From Vicugna vicugna (Eukaryota): a stretch of 64,000 nucleotides of DNA. The stretch covers positions 372,001 to 436,000 of the forward strand of contig MU057801.1 in NCBI GenBank assembly GCA_013265495.1, read 5' to 3'. The notes below the pieces were generated by a model. The model had not been told where the DNA came from and searched no databases. It saw only the letters and a list, made by a program, of their open reading frames with translations. Positions 1-13,343 of this stretch are shown piece after piece. The first letter of the stretch is position 1. Each line of letters starts with the position of its first letter. Both the position numbers and the translations under genes were made by a program.

Positions 1-34
1 GTGTGGGGATGAGCACTAGGTACCGGCCGCCTGC

Positions 35-459
35 TTTTTTTTAGAAATTGAAGTAGAGTCAGTTGCAGCGTGTCAATGTCTGGTGTACAGCGTCCTGTCC
101 TGGTCATGCACATACAGACATACATTCGTTTTCTTATTTTTTATCAAAGGTTATTACAAGATGCTGAATATAGTTCCCTTGCTATACAGAAGAAATCTGT
201 TTTTTCTAATCTTTTTGTATATATAATGGTTATCATTTGCAAGTCTCAAACTCCCAAATTTGTCCCTTCCCGTCTCCTTTGCCCTCATAACCTACCATAA
301 GATTATTTACTGTGTCTGTGACTCTGTTTGTTTTGTAGATCAGTTCGTTAGTGTCCTCTTCTGTTTCTTTTTTTTTAGATCCCGCATATGAGTGATATCA
401 TGTGGCATTTTTCTTTCTCTTTCTGGCCCACTTCACTCAGAATGACGATCTCCAGGTCC
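35..459 (-). mobile_element. 5'-truncated L1 3' end (artiodactyl/camelid type)
   Basis: Poly-T followed by aattgaagtagagtcagtt...cttcactcagaatgacgatctccaggtcc. Possible TSD ccggccgcctg (23-33) / ccggccccctg (471-481). Confidence 0.85.
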
Positions 460-3432
460 GCTTCTGTCTCCCGGCCCCCTGTATACGTTCACCGCGGCCG
501 GGCTTCCCCTGCACCCAGAGAGAAAGTGGGCAAGTCCTGTGATTTTCCTGGCCAGTATTAGGCTTTCACAGTTGTGTGGGCCACTCCAAATCACAAAACG
601 TAGTTCCATAAAATGTCCGGTTTCATTCCATGGATCAAATCAAGACTCAATTTTCGTCCAAAGATGAGAGGCCACCCGCGCCCCCGACTGACGCCCGTGG
701 CCGGGGAAGGGGGGCGGGGCCTCCTCGCTCTAACTCACCAGGCCCCCACCTGCTGAGCATTTATTTAGCTTATAGTTTAGGTCTATTTATTTTTTAAAGC
801 TTGTTCATTTCTTAATTATATTTTGGCTCTATTTCTGGTCCTTCTGGAATTGGGGCCAGAGCAGGGAGGGAGAGTCGGGGAGCAGGCAGGTCTGCACTGG
901 ACCCAGCACAGTGTCGGGGGGTGACTCCTGCTCTGCGGCCCTGCGCCCCCCTCACTGTGGCTGGGGCGCCTTCGGAGATTCTTGTCACCCGGCCCACCGC
1001 CTGCGCTTCCATGCTGTGGGCAGGCACCCTCCAGCTGGGCGGCCTGAGTCTTTCTCGCCCCTTGAGGCGGCCCTGCAGGAAGAACCTCTGGTAAAAGCTG
1101 AGGTCGTCTGTCGGGCAGACTTGGCCCCTTCCCCTCGGGGACCTGGCAGCGGGCCGGCCCATGGAATCTCAGCATCCTTGGGTGGGAAACGCACACTGCT
1201 GCGCCGAGTCCGCTGACGATGGGAGCTCCCTGCAGGATCCCGGGGGCTCCCAGACACCTTTCTTGTGACTTGAAGTGGAAGACGAGCCCCCCTCCTTCCT
1301 CCTAGGGGTGGAGTGGCTTGGGGCCCAGAGTGTCCCAATAGTTCTCATTGAGGAAGTTTCCAGAAAAATCCCTTATGCCCATTCTTCCAACCCTTTCATA
1401 GCTTCACAGTCAATCAGGGGTTTAAAAGCCACTCAGCCCGTGCTTGCCCACCTGCTTTGCCATTTTCACCGGAGGAGCTCCTTTGCAATGTAGCATCCGC
1501 ATCTTCCTACCTCATGGTCCTGTGTGACATCAGCCTCCCTGAGGCCATGCAGCTGCCCGGCTGAGGCTCTGGGACTGCAGCCCAAGGACGCCAGATCCCA
1601 AGACCCACCACTGTTACTTGTAACCAATTTCCTTTCAGTGAATTCCTAGAAACGGTTCTGCTAGGTTGAAGGTAAAGCTCCTGTCTCTAATCGAAAAGCA
1701 CAATGTTTTAGAATTTGAAAATGAAAGCTGTGGCTCCCGACTTGAAGAAGATGGCTTCCCCTCGCAGGGTGTTTGCTTTCACTCAGCAGACCGTCGTCAG
1801 CCCGAGGAACTTGCTTTTATCGTGAGATGTAGATTTTTAAGACAGGTAATCAGGCGTGCAAATGGCCAGTGGTCTTCCATTTCCCTGTGTTCCTCCAGCT
1901 CGACAGAACCTCTGCTCGGAGCCTCCACTCCTGCTGATGGGAGCAGAAGTCATCTCTGTCAAGCCTGGGTCAACTTGGCCAGTCAGTGTTTAAACGGAGT
2001 CCATTCTGGAATTTCCCTCTTATTTTTGGGGGGCGGTTCTCAAAGCTCTCAGGTGTCACAGCATCGCGGACAGCAGTTGTCTGGTGCACGGGTCGTGCCT
2101 GTCCTCCCAGGCACCCCCTGGGTATCAGGCCTTCAGCTTGTCTTCAGCCATCCCTCCCTTTGGTACCCAGGTTCCCACCCAGCCCTCACTGCTCACAGCA
2201 GAGCATTCCAGCCTCTTCACAGCCTGGATATCTCTTTGGGCCTCCCCTGTCTCTCTGGCCCTTCCTCCCTCTGCACCCTTCTGGGCTTTGGGGAGCTTCC
2301 GACCTGCCTCATCCTCTTTCCTGCCCTGGCCCCACCCTCAGCCGGCGCCACTCTTCCCAGGACAGGTGGCCGGGCGTCCCCGTGCTCTACAGAGCTGCTG
2401 CGGGGTCCTGTTCTCCCTTCCACTTCACGGCCTTACCCGGGGGAAGGAGGGCCCTGTCCTGCATTTCTCTGTCTCTCTCTCTCCCCCTCCGACTTTCCTC
2501 TGCCTCCAGTCTTGCGACCACAGACTCTGCCATCACCATGTGCTCTTCTGACATCTGTTGTTGGAAGCACCAACTCTGGCTTTTGGGCTCAAATTCAGGC
2601 TCCTGTGAGACTCAGAAGCCTCTCAGCCTGCTGTCTGCCTTGAAACGAAAAGGCATGTCTGTCCAACGCCTGGTGTCGCCTGGCTGCTGCCGGAAGGGTC
2701 AGGAGGGGCCGTGGGTCAACAGGGACTTGGCAGGAATGAGCTGCATCTGTTAATATTAACAAGACCCGCCTATAGCGGTAACAGTAACATGCGCGCAGAG
2801 CGCAGATCGAGAAGCCCCTCGTGGGCTGGCCCGCTCCCTCCGGCCCCTGGAGGAATTATAAAAACACAGCTCCGTTCGTTACGAAGTGACTTTATGTCAA
2901 CAGATGCCCGCGTTATAAAGTATCCTAAGTCTAACTATTAGGTCTTTTGTGAAAGCTTCTAGATGTTGTATCTTGTTAGTAAATTCTAGTTGAAAAATGG
3001 TAAGATACGATTTCTCGGCGGATGTGAAAGACTAGGAAAAAATCCCCAACAGACCAAGAACCTTGAGAGGTTTTATTCAAACTGAGCTCAGATGGATTAA
3101 AAGCCTTGCACATTTTAGGAATTTTCATAAAGCTGCCTGGGTTTATCACCATTTACACGCTCACCAAATCTGAAGGGGAAACGGCATTTGTGTTCATCAG
3201 CGGCAAAGGATTACCTGAGCCCTAGAAGCTGAAGTTCGGGGTGTCTGGAGGCGTGGCCTTCCTGGCCGCCTGGCCCAGGGAGCTGGTGTGCCCCCCGCTC
3301 CCCCCTCGGGGTGTACCCCCCCACCTCCATCACACAAGCAGCCTGAAGCCCTCGGGCCTCACTCCTCAGGCCGCTGCTGTTCTCTGGGGCTGAACCCCTT
3401 TCAGGAAGAATAAAAACCTTTACCCTGTCCGC

Positions 3433-3488
3433 TGCGTCAAGACCGTTAAGCTGAGTCAAGATTACTGACGTCAGATCTCCATAGTAAC
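3433..3488. promoter_or_regulatory. Motif cluster: half-CRE, AP-1, full CRE and RFX X-box
   Basis: TGCGTCA 3433-3439, TGAGTCA 3452-3458, TGACGTCA 3466-3473, ATCTCCATAGTAAC 3475-3488. Function is inferred only. Confidence 0.45.
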
Positions 3489-4610
3489 TAACCTAATAAG
3501 CAAGAAGAAAACAAAAAGGATGCCTTAAACACAGGGGAGAAAACAGACCAAGTGAGGTATGGAAGGAGCATGGGAGCGATAGAGGGTTCTTGCGGCTGCT
3601 TGTGTGAGATGTCAAAGCGGACTCAGCCGCCCCGGGGCCGGGTCCCGCCAGCCCGGCGCGGGCCGTGTGATGGCCGCTTGATGACCACCAACTACCGGCC
3701 ACCCCGTTGCTCCTGCCTTCGGTGCTTCAGTCGCGTCCCAGGTTTTGTTTGTTTTCTGTGTGTGTTTTTAGATGTAACTCAGTGCATTGAAATGATCCCC
3801 GTGGTGGTTGTTACAATCCGAGTTTTCATGGCAGTTTATGTATTTACCCCAGAGGAGCTGAGCTTCCGGGAAGCGGTCTCGGGCAGCTCGTTCTGGTGCC
3901 CACAGTGAAGCTCTGCTGGTCGAAAGCTCCCCCCCAGTTTCACCACCAGGCCTCAGGCCTTGGTGTGGTGCCTCCTTGACGCCGGAAGTGACTGTCAGTT
4001 TTTAAAAGTGGCCGGGTATTAGAATTTACCACAAATTACACTTTGTGAGCAGGTCGAGGAGATGGCCTGAGCGCGCATCCCCTGGAATGACGGACAGCTG
4101 ACAACTGCATCCATTTGCTGCCGATGGCCTTCCTCCACACACCCCGGGTCTTGGGTCATTCTGTGCTGGTAGGACTGAGGTTAGAGACAGACACATAGAC
4201 AGTCAGACACACACCCGGGTGATCTGATTCACCCCGAAGGCAAGAGCACATCCCAGAGGCTGACGGAGTTTGGACGGGGGTGCTTCAACCTGCCCTGCCC
4301 TGGCTCGTGTCCCTCTGCCGCCTCAGGGGGAGGTGCCGTCTGTCCCCCACCCCACCCCCCACTGTGCGCAGCCCCCTGAGAGCTGCTTGCCCTGGAGGAT
4401 GCTGCCCAGGAGCCCTTGGCTCCACTCAGGGCAGCCACGCCGAGACCCGTGTTCCCTTGAGTCCCAGGAGAGACGGGACACTAGGGGCCTGGCTTCTCTT
4501 TCCCAGCTGGCCTGGCTCGGGGGACCCGCCCCGAAAGGAGAGCAGATGGGGGATGCAGCCCAGCAGGCCCAGATTCCAAGAGCACCTCCAGGCCCTGAGT
4601 GACCAAATGC

Positions 4611-4613
<3 letters not shown>

Positions 4614-4657
<44 letters not shown>
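4614..4657. repeat. (TG)22 microsatellite
   Basis: Perfect TG run read directly. Confidence 0.98.
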
Positions 4658-4658
<1 letters not shown>

Positions 4659-7600
4659 TTTCACTATGCGCTCACTTCAGCTACATAGAAGTAAGCATGC
4701 ATAAGACACAAACAGGAAGGAAATATACATAAACAAAGACGATTGTGTCTAGTACTGGTGTTAGAGGGAATTAAAACATTTCTTCTGAATATTGACTTTG
4801 TAGAATAGAACATAAAGCAGTCTGTAAGTGAACGAGACTATCCAATTAGTTTCATTATATTTCTTTTCAAAATAAAATATGCCAAAAGTCAGAACGACCG
4901 AGTGAAGTCAGGAAAAGTATGAATAGCTACCATTTGTTCCGTGTTAGACGTGAAAGATGCTGTTCTATGTTCTTTATATGAATTAGTTCATTTAATCCCC
5001 ACAACCACTGGTGGTCTCGAAATTCATCCTGTTGATAAACCACATCATTAGGTTTCAAACTCAAGTCTTCTCAAAAGCTGCTTATGAACCCACGAGCCTC
5101 TCTCTCTTCTTCTCTCTTTCTCTCCCTCCCTCTGACACACACGTGCACACACAGAACAACACACACCATCCGAAACGGTCCTAGAGAAGTGCTCGATTTC
5201 CAAGCATGTTTCCCCGTCGTCAACCCCGAGACCACAGCGGGTTGCGACAGCCTGGTCCCGGAGTTCTGTTCCTCACCTGCCTCCCCTACCCAGGGTCCTC
5301 CCCCACCCAGGGTCTCCCCAAGAGCCAGGCAGGCCCCTGCCCCGCCACGTCACGTGTCCAGGTGTTCCGTTCTTTGTCCCCAGCTCTGACGCACACCGTG
5401 GTTTGGGCTTGTCTTTCCCAGGGTCACGCCAGCCCCTGTGTGCCCAGGATCCTCTGCCCCAGCTCCTGCCTGGACCACGGGCCTGGGTCTGCTCCACGTG
5501 GCTGTTGGGAAGCTTGGAGGTGGAGAATTAATGTACGTCATTTGTTCCATCGAGACTCGCTGTGTGCTGGCCACGTGGTGGGCCCATCCTTGGCACTGGG
5601 GCCGCAGCAGTAAGAAAGCGGACAAACCCCTGCTGCCTGGTGCCTGTGAGCCAGTGGGAGGCAGACAGTGGAGAGACGGACAAGGACGCTCTGTGCCAGG
5701 CGGGGCAAGAAGGAAGCCCGGGCGGGGATGGAGGGTGTGGCGCAGGGGCAGGAAAGAGCTCCCGGGAAGGTCACTGAAGCCTGATCTGATGGGGCAGGGA
5801 GGCACTGTGAGGGCCGGGAGGAAGGAGCTGGTTTCACTTCTGTCACCCCCCCCAGCAATACAACGTGTCCCTGCGCGGGAGCCCGCCCTCTGTGGGCGCA
5901 GCCCCAAGGACCCGGCACTGTTGCTCTGTCTCTTACGTCACGGCTGTTTTAAAAGAAGTTCATGCAAGAAGCCCATCAGGTGCAAAGCGACCTCCACCCC
6001 GTGTGTTTTCCACAGTTTGCTCAAAGCAGAATTAATGCCACGTGGGACTGTAATTCTCCTTAAAACCATGATTTCTATGTTTTAAGAGGCAGGGGAAACC
6101 CGGGGACTAAGATGAGAGTTTAGAATTTCATGTATCCAAATGTCTGGAAAAGGTCAGACGTTTTACCTGATGGCAGTGGGCCGCCCACAGATTCCTGGGA
6201 GGGCGCTGTAAGAAAAAAAATGGCAAAGTAACTGCTGTTTTGAAGGCTCTACTTAACAGATGTGTAGAGTATAGAAATCTATGTATTATTAAATAATTCT
6301 TTGTAATCTGCTCAAGAATAAGCAATTTGTCAGCCTGTTTACGTCCTCCCCATCTGGGTGCGCTCTGCCACCCATCTGTCTCATGTAATTATGTAATTAT
6401 CAATACAAGGAGAGAATAGGTGATACAATTAACAAGAAAAACCGGCCCTGGCCGAAGAGCAGAAATGACATGCATCTGTTGAATTGCTTTTTGTTTCTCT
6501 TTCTTCATTGTTAACTGTTCTTTTTTTTTCTCCCTCATTTCCCAGTTGCACTCAGACTGTCAGCTTGTATCTCACCCTCAGGAGAGCTGCTTCTGCCTTG
6601 CCGCACATGCTGTCTCTGCCCCTCCGTCTGTCTGTCTCTGTGTCTCTGTGTCTCTTGCTCACGCACAGGCGCACACACACATGCACGCACACACGTGTGG
6701 AGGCGGATCGGTTCATCCGGGCGCCGGCGCCACTTTGGAAGAAAAGGGCAGGGCTTTCTTGATGTTGTGTGTCCCTCCTCTGCTCCGCCCGGGGGCGCTG
6801 ACAGCCACTTCCAGCATGGGCACCACCGCAGCTGGAGCCCTGGGAAGGGCTGAAATTACTCAGGACCGATGGAAGGGCAGGGCGTGCATGCTGAGCCTTC
6901 TCAGGATAGTAGGCAGAGGAACTGCTTGAGTCCAACCCCCCGCCTCGTGCTTTTGTTTGAAGGTCAAGTCTCAAGCAATACCTGTCACGTCGTAACAGGA
7001 CCACAGTCCCAGTGGACGGGGTTCACGTCCACATGACCCAGCAGAGCGGTGGCTGGGGTCACTCCCTCGTGCAGTAGGGACCCATGGGCGTGCGGATGGG
7101 CGCCTCCGTGGGCACTTAGGACGGCAGTGGGCGGTGGTGGCCACCCGCCCCCTGTCTGCCCTGGCCGGGCTCTGAAGTTCTCTAAAGGATGGATGGTCCT
7201 CCTTGACAAGCAGGGAAGCCGCCCTCACAGTGTCATCTTGACAAAACCTGGGATTCCAACCCTCAGGCGCACAGTGGGGCAGCCCCTGGAGTGGTCGGGG
7301 TGCCGGTCAGCACTGGGGAGGAAGGTGGAAATGCCGGCTCGCCTTTCCACTGACGCAGCGATGGCAGCGGGGCTCGCGCGCGGGCCTCCGGACTGTCCTG
7401 CAGACCGTCCCCTTCCAGAGAGCCCTCCCTGGCCTCCTGTCCAGGGGGTGTGCCTGGAGGGGCGGGGGAGTCGAGGGTCTCTAGTTCCATCATTTCTCGA
7501 GGTCTGCCTAAAACTATTTTTTTGAAACACAGTGCTGCACACTAAGCACCGAGCTTCCTCTATCTCCTCTCGCTGGGTGACCTCTTACGTGTTGAGGTGG

Positions 7601-10479
7601 TGCTGCTCTGGGAATGCCTCCCGGTCGTAGTCTCCCACGGTGGAGCCTGAGTCCGGGCTTGGTCTGCTGGTCCCCCTCCTCGGGGACGCGTGGGGAAGGG
7701 CCCTGGCTCCACGTCTTCCCTGTTCCGTGGCCAGAAGAAGGCAAATCAGTCCCCGCCTAGTTCCCACCTAGGTTTCTCTTTGTTCCTTCGAATCAAACAG
7801 TATTGTTTGATGAATCCTCGGTAAAGCCGACAGCCATCCCCCGCTCTGTCTGTGTTTTCAATTGTTGTTTCCACGGATTTTTTTAAAAAGCCGTGGATCC
7901 CCATAGCACAAGCAGAAAGGAGAAAATGGCTGGGCGCCCTGTGGGGAGAGCATTTTAAAGGACTAAGTAAAGGGGACAAATGTGGCTGGGTCCCTCGAGG
8001 GATCTGGTCGGTTTTGACTTTATACTTACTCGTTTCCTTAATTCAAAGTTAAAATGATTTAATTGCAGCCACAACTGACTAATCCATTAAGGGTTTTAAA
8101 GGGAAGACTGGCCCCCTGGAAGCTTTCTTTTGTCATTTCTGGTTTTGAAAAGCTTTTAACAATGCTTCTTCTCATGAAACATTTCAGTTTATATTTTTGA
8201 GTATTTTTTTTAGACCAAAGAGCCTAGACTGGTAGTTTCTCAAGAGAAAATTATTATGAAAGAGCTATTTGCATGCACGTATCATATTCAACTAAAAAAT
8301 AAGAATGATAAAATCCTTGTATTCTTTCCTGAACCATGTTAAAAGTCATTAAAGCTTAGACTAAACGGTTTTCATTTAAGCCTCAAAAGTGGCATTAATT
8401 TTTCAAGTGGTAACTGTTGCTTAAGATGCTATTGTCCCTGCGTGATAAATGTTTAATGATTTGGTAGAACATGCATGGCTTAAAATCCATTATTTATTGC
8501 ACCTTCTCTTGCCTGGCAAAGGTGATGATTTTATAGCCCCAGCAGTCATGCAAACACATTTATACAAACCGACGGCGGATAATAAATTTCCTTACTGTAA
8601 ATGTCAGTGGGTTTCATGTGTTGCTGCCATTACATCTTGTTTGGAAGCCGAACGCCACACAGTTATGGGAGCCGCCAGATGGTGTCATTAACACGAGCGC
8701 TGGGGCTGTTTGCCGCTGACGCGCATGTGAGAAATGAAAAGTTCTGGGCTGTCTTTGCACTGGAGCGTGAAGCCAGCCGTGCCCAGGTGTGAGGACCGCG
8801 CAGCACGCGCGCCTCTTCCCTCATGTTCCACCAAGGGAGATTTTAGTTGTTGCTGTGTTGTTGTTTTCCATATATAGTTTGTGTTTGAATATACAGCAGA
8901 GCAAGCCAAGGGGGACACTCTCCCAAGGACTGCTGCTTGGCCCTGTATGTGGAGTCTCAGACACCCTGCAAGTGACACCTGCCGTCCCAGGGGTGGCTCC
9001 CACAGGAGTTCCAGCCAGCCCCCCTCTTAGGCCCTCCAGGCATGGCCTGGCCTTTTGTGCTGATTAGCTGCCGCAGGATTGCCGTTGCCATGCGTGTGCA
9101 CGCGTGTGCCTGGTGACTTCAGATGCCGTAGACACTCACTGTCTTACTGTGAGGGAGACGCTTCCGTGGAGAGCGCGGGATTAGTGTTGCCCCGCAGTGC
9201 TGCCCCAATCGTCAGAAACTGATTCAGAGAATGAGGAGAAGGAAAGGCGTGGGCAGTTCCCGCGCCAGTTTCTTCCGTGCAGTTAGCTCCCCTTTTCCCC
9301 GAGAATCCGCAGTGGAGCCAAGACGTTTGCTTTCCCTGATCTGATGCGAGGCATCTGAGTGGCTGGCATCGGCCTCCATGCGTTCCTAAAACCTGTCCCC
9401 ACCTGTGCTGGGCACTGACCGCGCCCACTCGCACTTGCCTTCCCGTAAAGGTTTCTGCTTCACTCTCTTTTCATTTCAGTTTTCAGAGACGCTGAGTCTG
9501 TTTATTCCTCCCTGCCAGTCCTTCCCTCCAACCAAGAGACCTGCCCATGGATTCTGACCAGGTTCCTTGGAACTTTGTTTTGAGCCTTAGAATTCACGCT
9601 TCGTCGGAATTTTCAGAAAGGCTCAGCCTTTCAAAACAGTCATTGTGTTGCTCTCACAAAAGCCGAGCGAACCTTCCGGTGTGCAGAAATTTAAAGTCAC
9701 GTGAAAGAGAATCCAGAGATGAAAGAGGAATGCAGGATTGCTTCAGACCAGCTCCGAGACACAATTGGATGTCGGGGGAAATAATGAGCCCGATGGAAAG
9801 ACTGAGGCGTGCGTGCTGGAAGGCACACCTTAGAAACGAGAGCGCAGTCGTGCGCTCCAGCTGGCTTGCGGGACATGCAAGTGTGCGTGGAAAAGGGTCC
9901 AAGAGTGAACATAAAGAAATGCTGGGGAGACAGCCAGCTTGAAAAGTGGGCTCCGTGGAGCAGCGCTCGCTCGGACAGGAGATCTCAGGAAAGTGAGCTC
10001 CTCCTGCCCCGGCAGAGGAACCGAGACCTAAACCAGCCGAACAAACAGCCGTGGACCCGACCCGAGCACGCAGCCCGTCCCCAGCAGAACAGAAAGCTCC
10101 CATCTCACTCTGCACCCAGAGGCACCAGAGGTTTTCCTCCCTCCCCACCTGTCCCCTCCATGCCTGCTTCCCTGGGCCCGGGCGGGACCAGTCTGCCTCT
10201 GAGGACATCATCTGAAAACGCATGTGTGGAGACTAATCTGTCCTTCCGTGGGACGTGTCCCCCTTCCAGACGCGCACACCGGCTTTCCCCTCCCATCTGG
10301 AGAGTTGTTCTTGCCCTTGTCCACCGGGGAACATCTTATATTTATTCTAAATCCCACTCCGCTGCCACTCCCTCCATGAAGACCTCCCTGACTTCCCGCC
10401 GTCATGAGTCCAGTGAGTGCTTGTTCTTTTAATCCGCTCGATCCCAGGTTGGTTTGTTACACGGTCACAGCTCCCTGAC

Positions 10480-10640
10480 ACACTGCCTTTATCACACACA
10501 CTGCCTTTTATTTGTTTACATGTCTGTCTGCTGACCGAAGGAGAATTCCTTAGACAGGAGCCATGCCTGATTCTTACCTCAGCCCCAAGGCTGAGGTGCA
10601 TGGCAGGTGCTCAGTATGAATTTGCTGAATTGAAATTTTT
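10480..10640 (+). mobile_element. L2 3'-end remnant
   Basis: ...gcatggcaggtgctcagtatgaatttgctgaattgaa resembles the L2 terminus. Confidence 0.6.
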
Positions 10641-12829
10641 GAATTAAGCTCTACGTCAAAGTAGATGGGAGAATTTCAGGCACCAGGATTCTGAATAAAT
10701 TATCCCAGTGCCCTCAGAATCACTCCATGTATTCAGCTGCCTTCTCCACCAGCAAGTCAGACCGGCCTTGTTGCTAGAATATTGATTTCATACAAACATT
10801 GTTTTCCCTGGTATTGCTTCTCACACTGGGGAAATGACTCTTTGCTACAGAAACTCCTTGTTGTATATTTGTAAGTTGCTTCTATGGGAATGAAGGCAGA
10901 TTCCAGTCTACTGCTGGGATATTAAATGTGAAATATTTTAAAGCCTGTGGCTGATTATCCGCTGTTCTCACACCCCTGGTAAGCCACGGGAACCACCCTT
11001 TACGAAATGGGATGGAAAGAGAAGGATGGATAACCCGAAGTCCTCTCTCTTTAATCCAGTAATGTCCAGACAGATGACACCTCACACATTCCCCATAAAC
11101 ATTTTTTTAGGAAGTGAACACAACCAACAGCACAACTTTTTCACTTAGCAGAAGTCTCAGGAGAATAAACTTACCTCCGATCGTTTCCTATATTTCTCTG
11201 ATTCATTACCTGTCATTAAGGCATCCAAATTCCGTACTATAAACACACACAAGTGCATGTTGTGTTTAATATGTGGAGGCCCATTTTCACCCTCAGACAG
11301 CTCGAGGAAGACGCCGTCATTTCGGACAGGCATTGTTTCGCAGGAAGAATGCCATCCATCGCCTTGGAATTGGAGTGTTTGCGAAACCTCTGAGGCCACG
11401 CCTTCCTTTCATTCCATTCCAGGTGGCTCTTTCATGGGCGTGTGGGAGCTGAGAATGGCTGGGCAGCTGGATGTTAAGTCAATGAATTCTTTCAGGAGAC
11501 ACAGATATCATATAGTAGCAACCCGTGCTTTCAGAGCAACGCAGGGCAGATCACTGGTACTGAGAACCATCTCCCTGCGCGGATCTGCTTCCTGCCTGCC
11601 TTTCCCCATCTGCTCGCCCCAGAGTGTGTGGCTGACACTGTCCCGAAAATGATGCGTGGACCCTAACGGACAGGATCCGCTGGGCATGACGTGGGGGCCC
11701 AGAGGATGTTTCTAAACACGTGGCATCACTCCCTCCAGGTGGGGAGGGAGGGCGTGGAGCCAGTTCTGGGTATCCTGGCGCGCGTGCTGGCTGGCTCCAC
11801 GCTGTGGATCTGTGGGACTCCGTGTCTGAAAAGCCAACGGTGCATCTCCCTCACCAACGTTCACGTATCGCATCAAAGCCATCACGTTCCCGATGATCAC
11901 CTGAGCTACTTGTTTCTGCTGTTATTTAATTAAAAACCAGTGAACTTAATCACCTTTATCAAATCTAAGATGTCATTATTATAAGACTGTACCTTTCTGT
12001 ACCACTAAGAAAAAAACATGGCCAATTAAACTGTGACACAATGTCTTCATGAGAGCCCTGAACGGAATAGGAATCAATCATGGAAGTCTTACTGCTTTGA
12101 AATGTCTCTCGTCTACTCAGACAGGAGAGCCAGTCTACGTCCCCAGCAGCTGCATTGCTTGCCGTGTGATGGGAAAAAAATTTTGCATGTGTCTCAGAAC
12201 CAGAATGTGACACAGCTTCATCTGCTTGTAGGTACCTGTCATCCTTGATTTGTTCCTGTAAGGCACTTGATTGTTGCATTGCAAGAAAATATGGAATTAC
12301 AGCCATTCCTCCAATGACTAATATTTGCTTCGCTAATGTCAAATTTGCACCCTGCCGCTCGGTTTCCGGGCCTCTTTGGGAACACAATAAGTGTTCATTT
12401 CGATGCCAAATCATGCTGTAATCATTTTGAAGGCGTTGTCAGCAGCAGTTAAACTCAACGCATGTTGTCACATAATGCACATGACTTTCCGGAAATGATG
12501 ACAGTACACAGCCATAACCAAGCCACCCGTGCCCAGAAAGGACAACTGTGTCACTGCTGACACCTGACTGATCCCAGCGGCTGAGATGGCATCATGCATG
12601 AGGCTGATTTCAGGGATGCTGATGCAGGAAAAAAATGCATCCTAGAACTGAATGTCGCGGGATGGCAATAACTTGAGCTTTTTAAAACCTTTGCAGAATA
12701 ATGACAATTGCCAGGTGGGGATTATGGGTGTAGGAGGGATGGGGGAAATGGAGTTTATAAGAAAAATGCAAGTTAAATGAATTTCCTCATTGAATTATAA
12801 AGGCTTAAGGAATGACAGCAAAGACCAAG

Positions 12830-13343
12830 CATTGCCTCCAATATCCATTTCTTCCTTTAGCCTTAGTAATGGGATCTCAATTTTATTCAAGGCAGCAATG
12901 CACCAACTAAGAGAATATGCTTCTCAGCCTACCTTGCATCTGACTTGACCGTATGACCCAGCTTTGGCCACTGAGATGGTGATAGAAGTAGTTGGAGGGC
13001 CATTTTGAGAAGGCAGCTTGAAGGGAGCGGCTCACTGGAAAGAAGGCCCTTTTTTTCTTTCCTCCCTTCTACTTCCTGCTGCCTGGAGTGAGGACATGAT
13101 GGCTGGATTCCCAGCAGCCATCCTGGGCCATCCATCCTTGAGGATGCAAGCCTTGCACTAGGATGGGGAGCTAGGCAGGTAGAAGTCTGGGTCTTTGATA
13201 AGTTTGTGGCTCTGTCTCCACAGCCCTGGGCCGTGCGTTTCCAGATTTCTTTTGCAGAAGAGAGAAATGATCTTCTGTCCTGTTAAAGCCACTGTTTCCC
13301 ATTTAAGCTGCGTTTTCTGTTGTACTCAACCCTACCTGAAACA
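12830..13343 (+). mobile_element. MLT1-family (ERVL-MaLR) solo LTR
   Basis: Typical MLT1 blocks gatggctggattcccagcagccatcctgg and ttaaagccactg...ttttctgtt. Confidence 0.7.

Noticed and set aside
1666..2753. Long overlapping ORFs (325, 255 and 155 aa)
   Set aside because: Non-ATG starts, S/L/P-rich low-information translations open in several frames, C/T-rich L2-like DNA and no recognisable domain.
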